Assembly (NCBI GenBank): GCA_051294375.1
Contig: JBJCIZ010000028.1
Coordinates: 992,437 to 1,056,436 of the forward strand
Source: Paraspadella gotoi
Lineage: Eukaryota; Animalia; Chaetognatha
DNA: 64,000 nucleotides
Reading direction: 5' to 3'
The notes under the pieces were generated by a model, which saw nothing but the letters and a program-made list of their open reading frames with translations, was not told where the DNA came from and ran no database searches. The position numbers and the translations under genes were made by a program. Shown here in pieces: positions 12,165 to 26,551 of this stretch; the stretch's first letter is position 1, and each line of letters opens with the position of its first letter.

Positions 12165-12500
12165 GAGGAAGGGCGAGAAGGAAGGAAGGAAGGAAGGGCG
12201 AGAAGGAAGAGACCGGGACGGAATGAGAGGAAGGGCTCACCTTGCGGAGATTGAACCGAGGGGGGAATTCTTTCTTCTCTTTTTTTTTTATTGCAAATTT
12301 ATATTACGTTTCGTTGTGCCAATCGATCGTTACTGTTTATTTTAATTTTTGTAGAACACAAATAACGTTTAAAAAACCATGGCGTAACGCGTAGTTATAC
12401 AACGCGCTATAGCTTATAATATAACGTTGAAAAAGTCGTGGGATCATTTCGCATTCGCGGTTACGATGATCGACGATTTCTTGTTTTGTTTGAACCCGCG

Positions 12501-15500
12501 ATGTCGAACGACGATTCGGACGAGCGACTGCAAAGGATGATCGACCGGGAAGATGAGGAGGAGGAGAGGGAGGAAGAAGCGGCCGACGCCCAAACGCCAC
12601 GCCGAATTTCAGACATTTCCGGAACGAACGAGTCCAACGCTTCCGCGGGCGCCGCATCCGTAGCGTCGGGGATCGACGAAGGTTCCGGCGCGAGCGGGGC
12701 CGACGGTTCGGATAGGAATCTCGCCGAAGACGCTGGTTCCGGTTCCGGAGAGCGAGACGATTCCAGCGCTAGTTTCGGGGATCGTCCTCCGGACGAGAGG
12801 CTGGACGATGACGAGGAAGACGACGACGACGAAAACGACGGCGCGGCCCCAAGGCCGGTCAACGACGACGCCGACGAGAATTTAGCCGTCGTTCCGGTTG
12901 ATCCGGACGACGACGACGACGACGACGATCACGACGAAGATGAAGAAGAAGAATTATGGAACGAGAGCGACATGGACGTTGGCGAAGACAGCGACGATAG
13001 CGACGACGACCGAAGACATCAGTTGTTGGAAGAGTTTAGGTGCGAAATTGTAGAAAGGAAGATATAAGGCTTGTGACAATTCATATTTAGAGTAAGATAA
13101 GGTAAGGTAGGGGTAAGGTTTTGAGATGATTTAAGATTTGAGAACATTTTGCCATTGATTTGAGAAGATTTGGTATTTGAGAACATTTTGTAATGGATTT
13201 GAGAAGATTTAGGATTTGAGAACATTTTGCAATGGATTTGAGAAGATTTGGGATACGGTCAAGGAATGAGTAGATTGTAGTTTTTGTACTGAAAAGAAGA
13301 GAAGAGGAAAAAAAAAGCGGAAATAATATAATTTATTATTAGAATGACGTTGGCTCGAAAGTAAAGAGTGAATACCATCAAAAAACAAACTTTAAAAAAA
13401 TATCAAAGAAATAATTAAAGTAATTAAACAAAAAAAAAAACACTAAAAACGAAACGGAACCATATATAAACGGTTTTCCAGATTGCCCCACCGACGCAAC
13501 GACATCATGCATCGAATGCTGAACGCGATGATCTCCACCATGATGGGACGCGGCCGACGCGGGATCGACGAAGACGACGACGAGGACGCCGAGAGCGCCG
13601 CGGCGTCGTCCGGCGCCGCTCCTCGGGTCGAGTACGACGTGGAACTCCCCGGCGCCCATACGTATTTGGGGAACGATCTTGAGGTGCGGGGGAGGAGGAA
13701 GAGGGGAAGGGAAAAGGAGGGGGAAGGGAAAGGAAGGGAAAAGGAGGAAGAGGGGATGGGAAACGGGAAAGGAAAGGAAGGGAAAAGGAGGGAGAGGGAT
13801 AGTGAAGGAAAAAAGGAAAGGCAAGAAAGGGAAAAGAGAAATGAAGGGAAAGAGACAAGAGAAGAAAGGAAAAGGAAGATTGAGTGTCGTTGTCCGAGGG
13901 GAGGCACTAGAATTGGGGGGGCGGTGAGGACTGTGGAGTTGAGACATTTTCTATGGTGGAGATTAAGTCCTAGAAGGAGAAGTGCGGGATGTTTGTTTAT
14001 TGTTTAATAAACATTTTCAATGGCTTTGTTAGAACTTGTTATTTTTTGTGATTAAAAATCGGAAACCGATCATCGAAGTTTGACTTCTCGTCTCCAACGA
14101 GTTTTTCACTATATCAATCAATCAATCAATCATGAGTTAGGCTAATTAATAAAAAAAATCATTTCCCATCCCCGCATCTTAGGACCATTCTGGCCGCACG
14201 GTCTTGGAGGAGGAGACCTTTCACACGATTCCCCTTCACACTCACACCGGGGTCGTCCTCATGCCGGGCGAAGTTCTTCCTCTTCACATTCATCACCCTC
14301 ACACAATTTCCATGATGAAGAACATCATTCGAACCCATCGGTGTGTTAACACTCTCAACAGTCATTTTACAAGAAATGAAGTCCTTGTCTTGAATTTAGA
14401 CTTAACATTATTGTTAAATGAGATCGAGTTAATCAATGCCGCATGCCATACACAGAAGAAAAAAATGATAATTTACAAATTTTCACCGTTATGATAAATA
14501 CGATAATTTGCCGATATATGCAAATGAGATTGAAGTCTCTCGTTCCATCGTCAGGACTTTCGGCGTCGCTCACCAAAACGTTTTTCTCCGGACGAGAAAG
14601 AGAGAGAGAGCCATCGGCGTCACCGCTGAGATTTTATCCTCAAAGGAAGAAGGCGACGATTTCAGGTTTTATTTATTTTTATTATTATTGATACCAAAAC
14701 GATATGACAATACCAAAATAAAAGACAATACTAAAATGTGAAAATAATAAAGACTGTTAAAATTTATCGGGATTTTTCATTTCCTTAGAACTAGACTCTT
14801 AATTTTAATTTCATTGGTAAATAGAGAAAAAAAATTATAAAAGTGATAAACAGTCGTCTATATATACTGTACTTTTTTTTTATTATTTTTTTTTCATTAT
14901 TTTTTATATTTCACGGATATCAAATGTCATTGACCTAACTGCAAGATTCAAATTAGATTATCGAATCTCAATGAAATGGGTTTTCTCGATTTTGTCTCAT
15001 TTGACTTCGCTCAGTTTTCTTATTTCCGTTCTTTCTCTCCCTCTTTCCTTTACCTACTACCTCACTTTCCTTTTTTCATCTCTCCTTTCCTCCCTCCTTT
15101 CCTCTCTCCTTTCCTCCATTCAGATTAATGAGCCTAAAGGCGATGGGACGACAACGATTCGAAATTGTTGAGACTTGGCGAGAGGCCACGGGCGTCCAAG
15201 TGGCCAAGGTGACTATTTAATACGTTAGTTCAAATATTCTAAACCTCGATTATCATTAAGTACACATCCTCCTGCAAAGGTCCGCATGCTTCCCGAGGTG
15301 TGGTTCGACTCTCCCCTCAACGGCGACGCCACCGCGGGTCTCGATCCTTTCCTCCACGAATCGGGCGACGGCGCCGTCGACGGAGGCTTCGAAGTCGGCG
15401 TCGCCAAGCGGAGATCGCCGTTCGACGAGAACGCCTTTGACGCCGGGGCGGAGCGGCAGGGAACGGAATCGGTGCGAGATCCGAGGCCCAGCTCGTTCAG

Positions 15501-15775
15501 GAAAAGGTGAGGGAGGTTTTAAATGAGAGGGCGGCGGTGGAAATGGAAATGGTGGAAATAGTGGAAATGGAAATGGTGGAAATGGAAATGATGGAAATGG
15601 TAAATTTTAAATTTACCTCTTTTCCCCTCCCCCCTCTCCAAACGAAAGACTCCGACGCCGACGGGGCGGGCATTCCCTTTCGGCTGACATGACCGTCTGG
15701 CCGTCGTGGGTCTATTCTCAGGTGAGTGTTTCCAGGTTGTTCTGACCGGACTTGGCTTGTTTCTATGACCTTCAT

Positions 15776-15842
<67 letters not shown>

Positions 15843-17586
15843 ACGAGGCAGACCAAGTGATAAAAGCCATCAAATCCGAGCTCCGCTGTTGGGACTCCTC
15901 CAACAAAATGAACACAATCCCCCAAGACCCCGTCCAATTTTCTTTTTGGGTTGCAGGTGGGTGAAAGTTAATTTGTTAAATTTAGACATAAATTGGTCGA
16001 AAAGCAATCTTGCTAACTTAATTGTGAATCCAAACTGTCAGCGAAATCATTGTTGCAATTTATACCAACATTTCAACAAATGATACGTAAATGCCGATGA
16101 CTGATGATATTCGAGATAATTTTAGTTAAATCTCAAAAAAAGTATTAAATATTAGTTGTACCAATTTCATACACATTCCCTCTTCCCTTCTTCTAGGCAA
16201 CCTTCCCGTTGACGACTCTCTCCGTCTACACCTGCTCTCGATGGACTGCGCCAACCAGCGCCTCCGCTCCGAACTGGCCATCCTCCGCAAATGCACCCGC
16301 CTCGAGTGCCGCACCTGTTCCGCCGCCATCACCGACTCGAGGGAGGTTTTCTCCATGTCCAAGACCGGACCGCAGGTGTGGGGGGATAGTAGCGGGGAGA
16401 TGCGTGGTGGAGGAAAGGAACAAATGGCGTTGGGTACTTGTTAAATGGCTTAATTTACTTTTACACTTCATTTTAAATATTAGTCGAAGTAGGAAGGAGT
16501 CGTAAATTTTTTTGGGGGGAGACAAAAACACAATGACGTCTAATTGGGTGACAAGATTCAAAGGATTACGGAGTAATAAATTTTAGTTACATTCATACAA
16601 TTAATCTATCTTTCTTTCCACGAACCAGTCGGCCTACGTGAACCCGAGCGGCTACGTCTTCGAGACGCTGACCGTCTACAAAGCGCGGAATCTTGCCTGC
16701 TTCGGATCCCCGAACCCCGAATACTCTTGGTTCCCCGGTTACGCCTGGACGCCGGCCTCGTGCCGCAGTTGTCACAATCAGATGGGGTGGAAATTCACCG
16801 TCGTCGAGGGGAAGAAAGGTGAGGCGTCGACTGGTGACGTGCGAGAGGTTTTGGGAACAGTTGAGGGGAAGAACTTTCATGTGGAGAATATCAGGAAATG
16901 CTGAGTGGGAGAAAGTTTGCGGTGACCATATTGTCAAGTGGCTTTGCGCTTCAAAAGAAATGTGAATCAGTTTATCTTAGTTTGTGCAATCTGTTTGTAC
17001 ATATCTGTTACATTTTATGGAATATGGATCGACCTCAATTATTAAATACATTATCACCAGAGATGACTCTCTTCAAAGCAAAGTCTCTTCTGAGTTAAAG
17101 TAACATTAAGTTCCTCAATCTCATTTGCATATTGTAGCAGTTTAGATTATTTCTCATATCTTTTGATTCGGTTTTCTTAGAAGTTTCTTTTAATTATTTC
17201 AGGAATACTTTCAATAAGGTTTATCAATGATTTAGTTATTTAGATAATATTATGTTAGTGCTATATAATGTAATGTTAAATCTACTATATGAACATATTA
17301 TCCAGGCCAACTCGTCCCTCCCAAATTCTTCGGCATCACCCGACGCAGCATCCGTCCCTCGTTGGACTCTTCCCTCTTCCATCTGGAGGAAGAGGACAAG
17401 AGGACGAGGGAGGAGAGGACGAGACGAGAGGAGGAGAGGGCGAAGAGGGCAGAGGAGAGGGCGAGCCGAGGGGAGAGTGAGGGAAGAGGAGAGGAGGATA
17501 GCGAAGAAGAGGAAGAGGACGAGGAGAGGGCGGAGAAGAAGAAGAGGATGGATGACTTGGCCAAAGAATGGCTGCCGATCATGTGA
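12501..17586 (+). CDS. CRBN: Cereblon (LON-like, DDB1-binding and CULT/thalidomide-binding domains) with a long acidic N-terminus
   Basis: YDVELPGAHTYLGNDLE, VVLMPGEVLPL, TVWPSWVYSQY, PQDPVQFSFWVAGNLPVDD, ANQRLRSEL, CRTC, AYVNPSGYVFETLTVYKA, EYSWFPGYAWTPASCRSC..MGWKF, PKFFGITR. Confidence 0.95.
13120..13252. repeat. ~39-bp minisatellite, about 3.5 copies, CRBN intron 1
   Basis: Unit GATTTGAGAAGATTT(G/A)G(T/G)ATTTGAGAACATTTTGxAATG repeated. Confidence 0.8.
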
Positions 17587-18288
17587 TAGTTATTTTTGGT
17601 CACGTGACGACGCCATTGCTACTGATCACGTGATCTTAACGACGCGAATGCGACGACCCGTATTTTTCATTGAATGTGAAATGTTAAACTTTCTAATGCC
17701 CGGGCAGACGAAAACATTGCCGGCGCGACATTCTTTTCCCAGCTAAATTTTAAGTTGTCATGGATCATAAACAAAACCTTGACAGTTTTTCTGAACCCAA
17801 ACTTTTATTCTCCTTTGTACAGATGAAATTTCCTCTCCCCCCACCCCAAATTTAAAAAAAAATATTCTTAGCTAATCGATTTCAATCATACAATGTATGA
17901 AAGTTGTACTTTATAAACGTACGAAATATTTATTCGAAATTAATGAACGACGCAGAAACCGTGCGGTGTCAAACTAAGACGTCCAGTGTTCTTTCCCTCT
18001 ACTCTGTCTCCGATTCCTTCTCCTTTGTCAAGTGTCAAGTCATTCTTTGTCATTCTTTCTCCCTAAAACTTATCGTCAAAAATATCTTCGACTGTCGCGG
18101 TTTTCTTTGTTTTAATTTTAAATACGAAATTCTCTCTCCTCTTTCTCTTCGCAATCGATGATAAATGCGAAATTTTTCGCTTTTCGAAAAAAAGATTCTG
18201 TGATTTTGAACTTTTTTTTTGTTTTCTGAACTTTCCAGAGATTTAAAATTAAAAAAAAAAAAGCTGACTGAATAATTTTTTTTTCAAA

Positions 18289-19849
18289 ATGGCGGCGGCG
18301 ATGAACTCGCTCCGATATCCGGCGACGACGACGTCGAACTGCGCGAGACGTCTCTTCAGTTCATCGGCGATCGTGCGAAGCGTCGAGAAAGAGACGGATG
18401 AACTCGTCTCTCGAGTAAGTTGAAGGGAAAAATGGTTTGGGTAAGGTTTGTTGATGGCGATCTTTGGGGTAGACTTACTTCATTTGCCCGTTTTTAATAA
18501 GATCGAAGGTTTTAAGAGACATGAGCTAAAAATAGACCAAGAAAACCTTTCCATGATCGGGAATTGGTCACCCTTGTCCGAAGCAAAGCGAGTAATGATT
18601 TGTTGATTCGGTGGATTAATCCATAGATTTATTCTACTAAATATTTGGAGCAGACAAACTCGTGCTCTGGTTACCCAGTCTCATTTGCATATTGTAACAG
18701 TTATGACTATTTCTAATATCTCTCGCTTCGCTTTTCTCAGAAGTTTTATTTTATTATTTTAATAATAATATGTTTTAGTAATGATTTCGTAAATAAGATG
18801 GGGCCCCCCCTCTATATATATTCTCTCATTCCGACCCCCCCTCCCCCCCCTTAGATCCTCCGCGTGGATCACGCCGGAGAATTCGGAGCGGATCGAATCT
18901 ACGCGGGTCAAATGTTCGTCCTCGGAAAAACGGAAGTCGGCGACGTCATTCAGGAAATGTGGGATCAGGAGAAGGAGCACAAGGTGTTGGAAGCCAGTGG
19001 AGTCGGGGAGGTGGTGGGGACAAAAGTTGGGGTATGGGGAACGGGGTGACGGAAGGTGTGGCCACTGACCCTGTGACTTAGATCCGGAGAAGGATAGAGA
19101 GAAGGCTACTTAGAGATGTGGGAGAGTTAAAAAAACTTCTTGGTTATTTGGTTCAGGCCAAATTCGAAGAGATGCTTCCTCGTTATCGAGTTCGACCGAC
19201 GCTGCTTATTCCTTTGTGGAACATTGCTGGATACGGTGAGTGAATGAATGAATGAATTAATGAACTAGAGAAATATGCTTTACATTCCTCTCTCTTCCCC
19301 GACAGCCCTTGGCGTTGGCTCGGCCCTGATTGGCAAGGAGGCTGCGATGGCCTGCACGGTGGCCGTGGAGGACTCCATCACCACCCACTACTCTGACCAA
19401 CTTCGCCATCTGCTGGAGGACGCGACGCGATATCCGGAAGAACCCGAGAAACACAAGGAGCTGCTCGACACCATCAAGAAATTCAGGTTGAGAATTTGGA
19501 TTTTAAAGTCGTCCAAGATACGTATAAATATGTGTAAACTGTTAAAGAATCAGAATTCAAATGATGCTAAAGTTACAACAAAAACAATCATTTCATTTCT
19601 TTCACGTCTTAATTTCTATCCTTCTCTCCTTTCCTTCCCGCCATCGTTAAATGTTTATTTTTGACCTAAATTTCCTCCCTCCTCTCTCTCTCCCCCCCTC
19701 CCTCCCCTCCTCCTAACAGAGACGACGAGATGGATCACCACGACACTGGCCTCGCCCACGACGCCGAGAGCGCCCCCGCCTACAGCCTTCTCTCCAACGT
19801 GATCAAAGCGGGATGCAAGGCGGCCATTTTCGCCTCGGAGAGAATTTGA
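18289..19849 (+). CDS. COQ7: 5-demethoxyubiquinone hydroxylase (di-iron); 5 exons
   Basis: ILRVDHAGEFGADRIYAGQ, EMWDQEKEH, RVRPTLLIPLWNIAGY, AAMACTVAVEDSITTHY, KFRDDEMDHHDTGL, IKAGCKAAIFASERI*. Confidence 0.96.
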
Positions 19850-20344
19850 ATGCAATCCATCATCAAAACGCTGAGTGACTTAAGTCTCCCTTCTGAAAAA
19901 AAAAAAAAAGACGCAACCCACACTATCCGGCCCGGCCACTAGTCGATCGCGACCGCTTCGTTTAAATCGGCGCGCAGTGTTTATTTTTGAGTTTTATTAC
20001 GCGTTCGTTAGACGTACTATTTCGTCGTCCATGGCCTCGGGGCCTTACCCCCTCTCCCCACCAAGAAATGGATCTCTTACTATCCCCCTGATCCCTCTCC
20101 CCAGTTTTTGCGTTCTATTGCCCTCTCTCTCACCCCCCCACCCTTTCCCCAAGCATCGCACGACTCTCCTCCCCCCAAATTTTTCGATGGATTCTCTTTC
20201 TTGTCTCAAAGATTCGCTTCCAATTTCTTTTTCCTACGTTAAACTCTGCCATAGAAATTAGTCATGTTACTCGTTAGGAGCTTCGAATAACGAAAGTAAA
20301 ATACAAAACAAAACAAAACAAAAAACGAAAACGAAACGGAGAAG

Positions 20345-20408
20345 ATGATCGTGTCCGGACTTTGTCGTGGCGGCGTCAAGAGTCGCCTCGCGACTACGAT
20401 GTTGGAAT

Positions 20409-20441
<33 letters not shown>

Positions 20442-23129
20442 TGTCGAGGAAGAAAAGGGACTTTCACTCGTCGAGATCATTGGCGGACGGCGGGGAAAGT
20501 GAGTTGATAGAGTATGAGTGAGATGGAGTGAGATGAAAATGAGCGGGAGTGAGAGATAGAGAATTACGTGAATTGTCAGGCAGTTCAGGGCTTGGCAAGA
20601 CGATATAAAAACAAGTCGATTCAAGCCGATTCAAGCCGAGACATGAACGAAACGAGAATACGGCGGTCGTTAGCGAATAAATGTCATTTGCATGTTGCCG
20701 TACAGTTAATATGATTAGATTAGAAACTTATAACAAATGTTTTACCCATTTCAAGGTCAAGGCGCCTTCTACCCCCTGGGCAAACTCCCCGAGACCCACC
20801 AGATGCTTCGACAGACTTGTCGAGACTTTGCAGTCAAGGAATTGATTCCCATCGCCGGCCAATTGGACAAGGTTTGTCCCTTAAACGCTGAAGAGCCTCC
20901 TGTTTCGCTCCTGTAAACCCGATCTGTACTCCGTCTCCGCAGGAGCATCGCTACCCTAAGGAGATCGTGGCCAAGCTCGGCGCTTTGGGTCTAATGGCGA
21001 TCGACACTCCGGCGGCTGAGGGCGGGACGGGACTCGACTACCTCGCTTATTCGCTGGCCATGGAGGAGATCAGTCGAGGTTGCGCCAGCACCGGCGTGGT
21101 GGGTGAAGGGGTCGGGGAGGGGGATGAGGTGGATGTCCTGTAGTATAATTCGGTGTTCTGAGATGATAGTTATTTACCGACATGATAATGGGTGACCGAC
21201 AGAGTGAATTATAAAGAAAATAATTAAAGCCAGGAATTTTTTTTTTACACCATTTTTTCCTTCTTAACAATGTTAGGGAACGTTGCTGCCTGGGGAACTA
21301 ATCCTAGCCAGTATCTCGAAAACTCTCTGTACATTTCAATTTCATTGGTTCTTAAAAGTGCCAGCCATTAGTATATTTTAGAATCTCTTAGCTAAAAATG
21401 TGTAAATATTTTTAATTGCACCACGTTTAATTTTAATTATTTTAAATGCAGCATGGAGGCTGACGAGATCTCAGGATGTAAATTCGTTTAATCGACATTG
21501 AAATGAATGGATATATTAAGAAATCAAAACAAATATAAAGAATATGGTGATGGTTAGGGGTTAACGTAACGAGGAGGGATTTGGCGGGGTTACGCTCTTA
21601 TGGTTCGGCGCGCGGCGAGAATGAATGTATTGCTGGAAGCCAGGAATTCCTAGTAATTTGACTTTAGCTACCCTCCGTTTTCGACAGATCATGAGCGCGC
21701 ACAACTCTCTCTACCTCGGCCCAGTCAACAACTTCGCAAATGAAGAACAGAAGGCCCAGTTTCAGCAGCCATTTCTCGACGGAAGCCGCGTGGGCTGCTT
21801 CGCCCTCAGTGAGCCGGGCAACGGCTCCGACGCCGGCGCCGCCTCCTGCACGGCAAAGTTGGACGGAGACAAGTGGATCCTCAACGGGACCAAGGCTTGG
21901 ATCACCAACGGTAAAGTCTGTCGAGCATCTCTGTAAACAAAAATTCGAAAAATAAGTAGGAAATGTGTCAAAAAATTTATGCATTTTTTAAAAAGGTGGT
22001 TGTTGATAATATTTGTTTGATAATTGTCAAGCCTCCGAAATTATAAGTTAAATATATTTTGTGAAATCTCTTTTTGTCAGGTTATGACGCCGAAGCTTCC
22101 GTCGTCTTTGCCACCACCGACAAGGCGGCCAAACACAAGGTACTGGTCCACCCTTTTTTGCCTTAGCAACCCCAGGGCCATTTAATTTTAGCTACTTAAT
22201 AGAAGCCAAACTTTTCATCCCTTTTTTAAAAATTTTAAATCCAACCTTCATAAAGTGAATACCAATACAAATTATCACTACGTGCAAAAGGTTTTAGCAA
22301 AAAGTCCTATTCTCACAAGGGCATCTCGGCTTTCCTCGTCCCGATGCCCGTGAAAGGCCTCTCTTTGGGCAAGAAGGAAGACAAGCTTGGCATTCGCGCC
22401 TCTTCCACCTGCTACCTCATTTTCGAGGATTGCGCCATTCCCAAAAACTATCTGCTGGGTCAGCCAGGCATGGGCTTCAAGATCGCCATGAAGACGCTAG
22501 GTAGGATATTATTGTTTTGGTTAATATTTTGGTTTTGGTTTTGTTTTTATTTTTCCCCAGACGCTGGCCGCATCGGCGTTGCGAGTCAGGGGCTCGGCAT
22601 CGCTCAGGCTTCCATCGACTGTGCCATAGACTACGCCACCAAGAGAGAGGCCTTCGGGTCGCCAATCTCCAAGTTCCAGTCGATACAGAACAAGTTGGCC
22701 GACATGGAGCTTAGGACAGAGACTTCGAGGTGTGTGAGAGAGAGAGAGAGAGAGAGAGATTCCATCTAACCCCTTCCCCCTTTCAGGCTTATGACATGGA
22801 AAGCGGCGATGCTGAAAGACTCTGGCCAACCCTACACCAAAGAAGCCGCCATGGCCAAACTGGCCGCTTCGGAAACCGCGACCTTCTGCGCGCATCAGGC
22901 CATTCAGGTTCCGATTATAATAATACTAAAATAAAACTAAAATATAATTAGTAATAAACGAACAATAATCTTCCACCAGATCCTGGGCGGTATGGGATAC
23001 GTGACGGAGATGCCGGCTGAGCGTCATTATCGCGACGCGAGAATCACGGAGATTTACGAGGGAACGTCGGAGGTGCAGAAGCTCGTCATCGCGGGGGCGA
23101 TGTTGAAGGAGTTCAAGCAGACCAATTAA
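20345..23129 (+). CDS. ACADS: Short-chain acyl-CoA dehydrogenase, mitochondrial
   Basis: [115 protein letters not shown]. Confidence 0.95.
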
Positions 23130-23473
23130 AAAGAGAAAGGGAGTGTTGGAAGATGATCCGATGAAGCTCTTGGAAAAAAAAGATATTCGCAACGACTAAA
23201 AATGCATTATAATTATATTATATTTCTACGTTATTATTGGCGTTGGAGGGTGTACTTAGTTGAAAAACCCTGTTCGCAATTCCTGTGATACTAATCGTAA
23301 TCGGTGTCGTTTTTTAGCAACAAAAAAAAACACTTTTTTTTTTAAACCAATCACATTTTTCTTGCCACCCAATTTTGTTTTTTGTTTTTTTGAGATAACG
23401 TGTTTTTTTTTTAATTACAGTTGACATTTAAAATAAAAGTGGGGAGTTGAGAAAAATTGTTCATTTTGTAACG

Positions 23474-23939
23474 ATGGCGGGGACGTCGAGATTCGCTAAG
23501 TGGTCCAACGCCAAAAAGCTGATGATGGGCGTCACCGCGGCCGGTATGGCATGGGTGTGGTTTATTGACTAATTGATTGATTGATTGATTGAATTATTTG
23601 TTTAATAGATTGATTATTGATTATAGTCCTTTCGTGGACTAAACTGTTTGACTAAACAGCGATTTTTTTTCAATTCTATCGATTCTATTTATTCGATTCA
23701 ACTCTTGATCGACTGATTAAATCGGTTGTTTGAATGATTAATATATCGGTTATTAATTGATTTATTGAACTCGATTAATTAATTTTTCGCATTAAGGCGG
23801 CGTCGGGACCGTTGGCTTCGTGACGGCGCTCAACGCCTGCCCGCCCACCGTCGCCGCCAACGACTGCGTCCATCCTCCGTCGCTCTCCTGGCCGCACAAC
23901 GGGTGGTTCAACTCATTGGATCATCACGCCATCAGGTGG

Positions 23940-23986
<47 letters not shown>

Positions 23987-26102
23987 GAGGGGATGTGAGA
24001 AAGAAAGAATGAAAGAAAGATCAAAAAAAGATGAGGCAGAAAGAAAGAGAGATGGAAAGATAAGATAGACAGTTGGAAAGATAGAAAGAAAAAAAATGAA
24101 AGATAAGAAAATAGAAAAGATGGAAAGAAAAAAGAATGATAGATAAGATAGAAATACAAACGAAAAAAAATAAAGAAAGAAAGAAAAAAAGAAAAAAAAA
24201 AGGAATACGAAAATAAATAAGGTTTTTTTTTTTTCCATTTAACCAGACGCGGCTATCAAGTTTACAAGCAAGTCTGCGCCGCGTGTCATTCGATGCGATT
24301 CTTGTGCTACCGGAATTTGATAAACGTCAGGTCTGTCTCAACTTATTAAAAACGTTAAAAACTTACCAAATGTTAATAACTTAGCAAACTTCCACCTCAA
24401 TAATAATCAATGAAATTTTCAAATCCCCAAAAACCTCCAGTCATTCGGAGGCGGAAGCGAAGGAGGAAGCGGCGGACGTGATGGTCGTCGACGGACCCGA
24501 CGAAGAGGGAAACATGTTCGAGCGACCGGGTATCACGATTAATCCTTAATATTAATAAATAATAATTAATCAATAATTAAATATACCGATAATTCTCTCT
24601 CAGGAAAACTGAGCGATCGTTTCCCGAATCCTTACCCGAACGAAGAGGCGGCCAAAGCGGCCAACAATGGCGCCGCCCCGCCCGACCTCAGTTACATCAC
24701 CTCAGCCCGACATCACGGAGAGGACTACGTATTTCACCTCATCACCGGATATTGGTGAGTGGTTAAGTGGGCGAGTGGTTAAGTGGGCGAGTGGTTGGGC
24801 AGAGCAAGGTAAGACGGGCAAAACAATTTCACTTTCGCCGCCGAGGATTTTGTGGTCAGTAAGATGACAGTACTTTTTGAATTTTTATCAAGACCCCATA
24901 GTCATTATAAATACAATAATAATAATGATAATAATAGCTCAAATACAAAATTTACTATTAAATACAAACATTTTTAACATCGACAATGTCTTTTTGATGT
25001 TTGTAAAGAGAACGCTGCACCTTCCTATTTTCTTCCAATGTTAACAGATCAATCCCCGATTGAGATTCTCTCTTCCCCCTCAAATTTTCATCGCCCCACA
25101 CTCTCTCTCGCCCTTTTTCTACAGCGACACCCCCGGGGGAGTGACGGCGGGTGAGGGTCAGCACTTTAACCCCTACATGCCGGGCGGTTGGATCGCGATG
25201 GCCCCGCCCATTTACAACGAGATCATAGAGTACGAGGACGGAACTCCGGCCACCATGTCGCAGATCGCCAAAGGTGTGATGAGTAAAAAGTTTGTAATAA
25301 ACATAATTAAATTTGTGTGTAATAAATATTGTTGTAAAGAGTTTAATAAAGAACTCTTTGTATATACGGAAACAAAACAAAAGAACGAAAAGAAAAAAAC
25401 CGGAAAAAGAAAAGAAAACATTTCTCAATTTAATTTCGATGCTTCACTCTAATATTTCTTTCCCTCCTCCCCCCCCCCAACGAGCCAGACGAAATAATTA
25501 AAAAGTCGAGACATCTGTTATATTTAATCATTCATCGATTATATTCATATTGATTCAGACGTTTGCTGCTTTCTTCGTTGGGCGGCCGAACCAGAGTTCG
25601 ACGATCGCAAACTGAAGGCGATGAAAGCCTTGCAAGTTATAGGCATCCTCTTCGCGTAAGTTATATATATATATATATAAGTTGTATCTCGGTTGTCCCT
25701 CGGTAAAATTCGAAATTTGTCGATTTTTGTCCGTAATTGAGAGAAAAAGACGTTAACCGATCGTTGATTGTTAAGAATTTTTATAAGGAAAAACTTTTGA
25801 TGCAACCAAGAATGGAAATGAGTTTATCAATCTCATTTGCATATTGTCGTATCGACATTGATCATAAATTCTATTCCTGTGTCGTTTCATGTTCGCATTT
25901 CACGAATTCACTTTTGTCATTAGTGTAGCAATTGATGATAATCATTGATTAGAGAGTTTGGGACATTTATTAATAATAATTATCAATTAAACTAACTTAT
26001 AAATATATTCATTCATTCAGGGTGACTTATTACGTGAAGAGACACAAGTGGTCGGTTCTCAAGAGCGGAAAACTTGCTTACTACAATCCCAAGCAATCGT
26101 AA
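23474..26102 (+). CDS. CYC1: Cytochrome c1 (complex III)
   Basis: [32 protein letters not shown] (CxxCH heme motif), [70 protein letters not shown]. Confidence 0.97.
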
Positions 26103-26551
26103 CGCGGGAAAAAAAAATGTCGAGAGGAAAGATGAAAAAAAACTATTATCATCGCGCCCAAAGACTTGGGCGATGCCAGCGGAAATCTATAAATAAATAA
26201 AATACAATATCTGAGAAACTTGGCTCCTCGTTCATTTAAAAAAAAATTCGACGCATTATTCATTTTGGTTGTTTGAGTTTCTGTTTTGTTGTTTTGTAAG
26301 TAGTTTTGTAGGGAGTTAAACTTTTTTAAAATCAGTTTCTTTTTCTTACACGCTTAAAAAAAGTAAAATCCGAGTTGTTTACTATTTAATACATGGTTTT
26401 TTTTTCTTACGAGTAGATTATATAACGAATGAATCGGTGAGTGTGTCTAAAAATATCGATTAAACTCTGTGATAAATCGAAAAAAAAAAAGACTCCTCTA
26501 CGACGAAATCCTCTGCGACGAACTCCTCTACGACGAACTCTTCGATCAGAG

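Noticed and set aside
12137-12236. 38-bp direct repeat spanning the HAUS4 stop codon; similar short duplications at 2570-2620, 26494-26541 and 43097-43155
   Set aside because: Two- or three-copy local slippage duplications with no spacers; not CRISPR-like and with no evident function.
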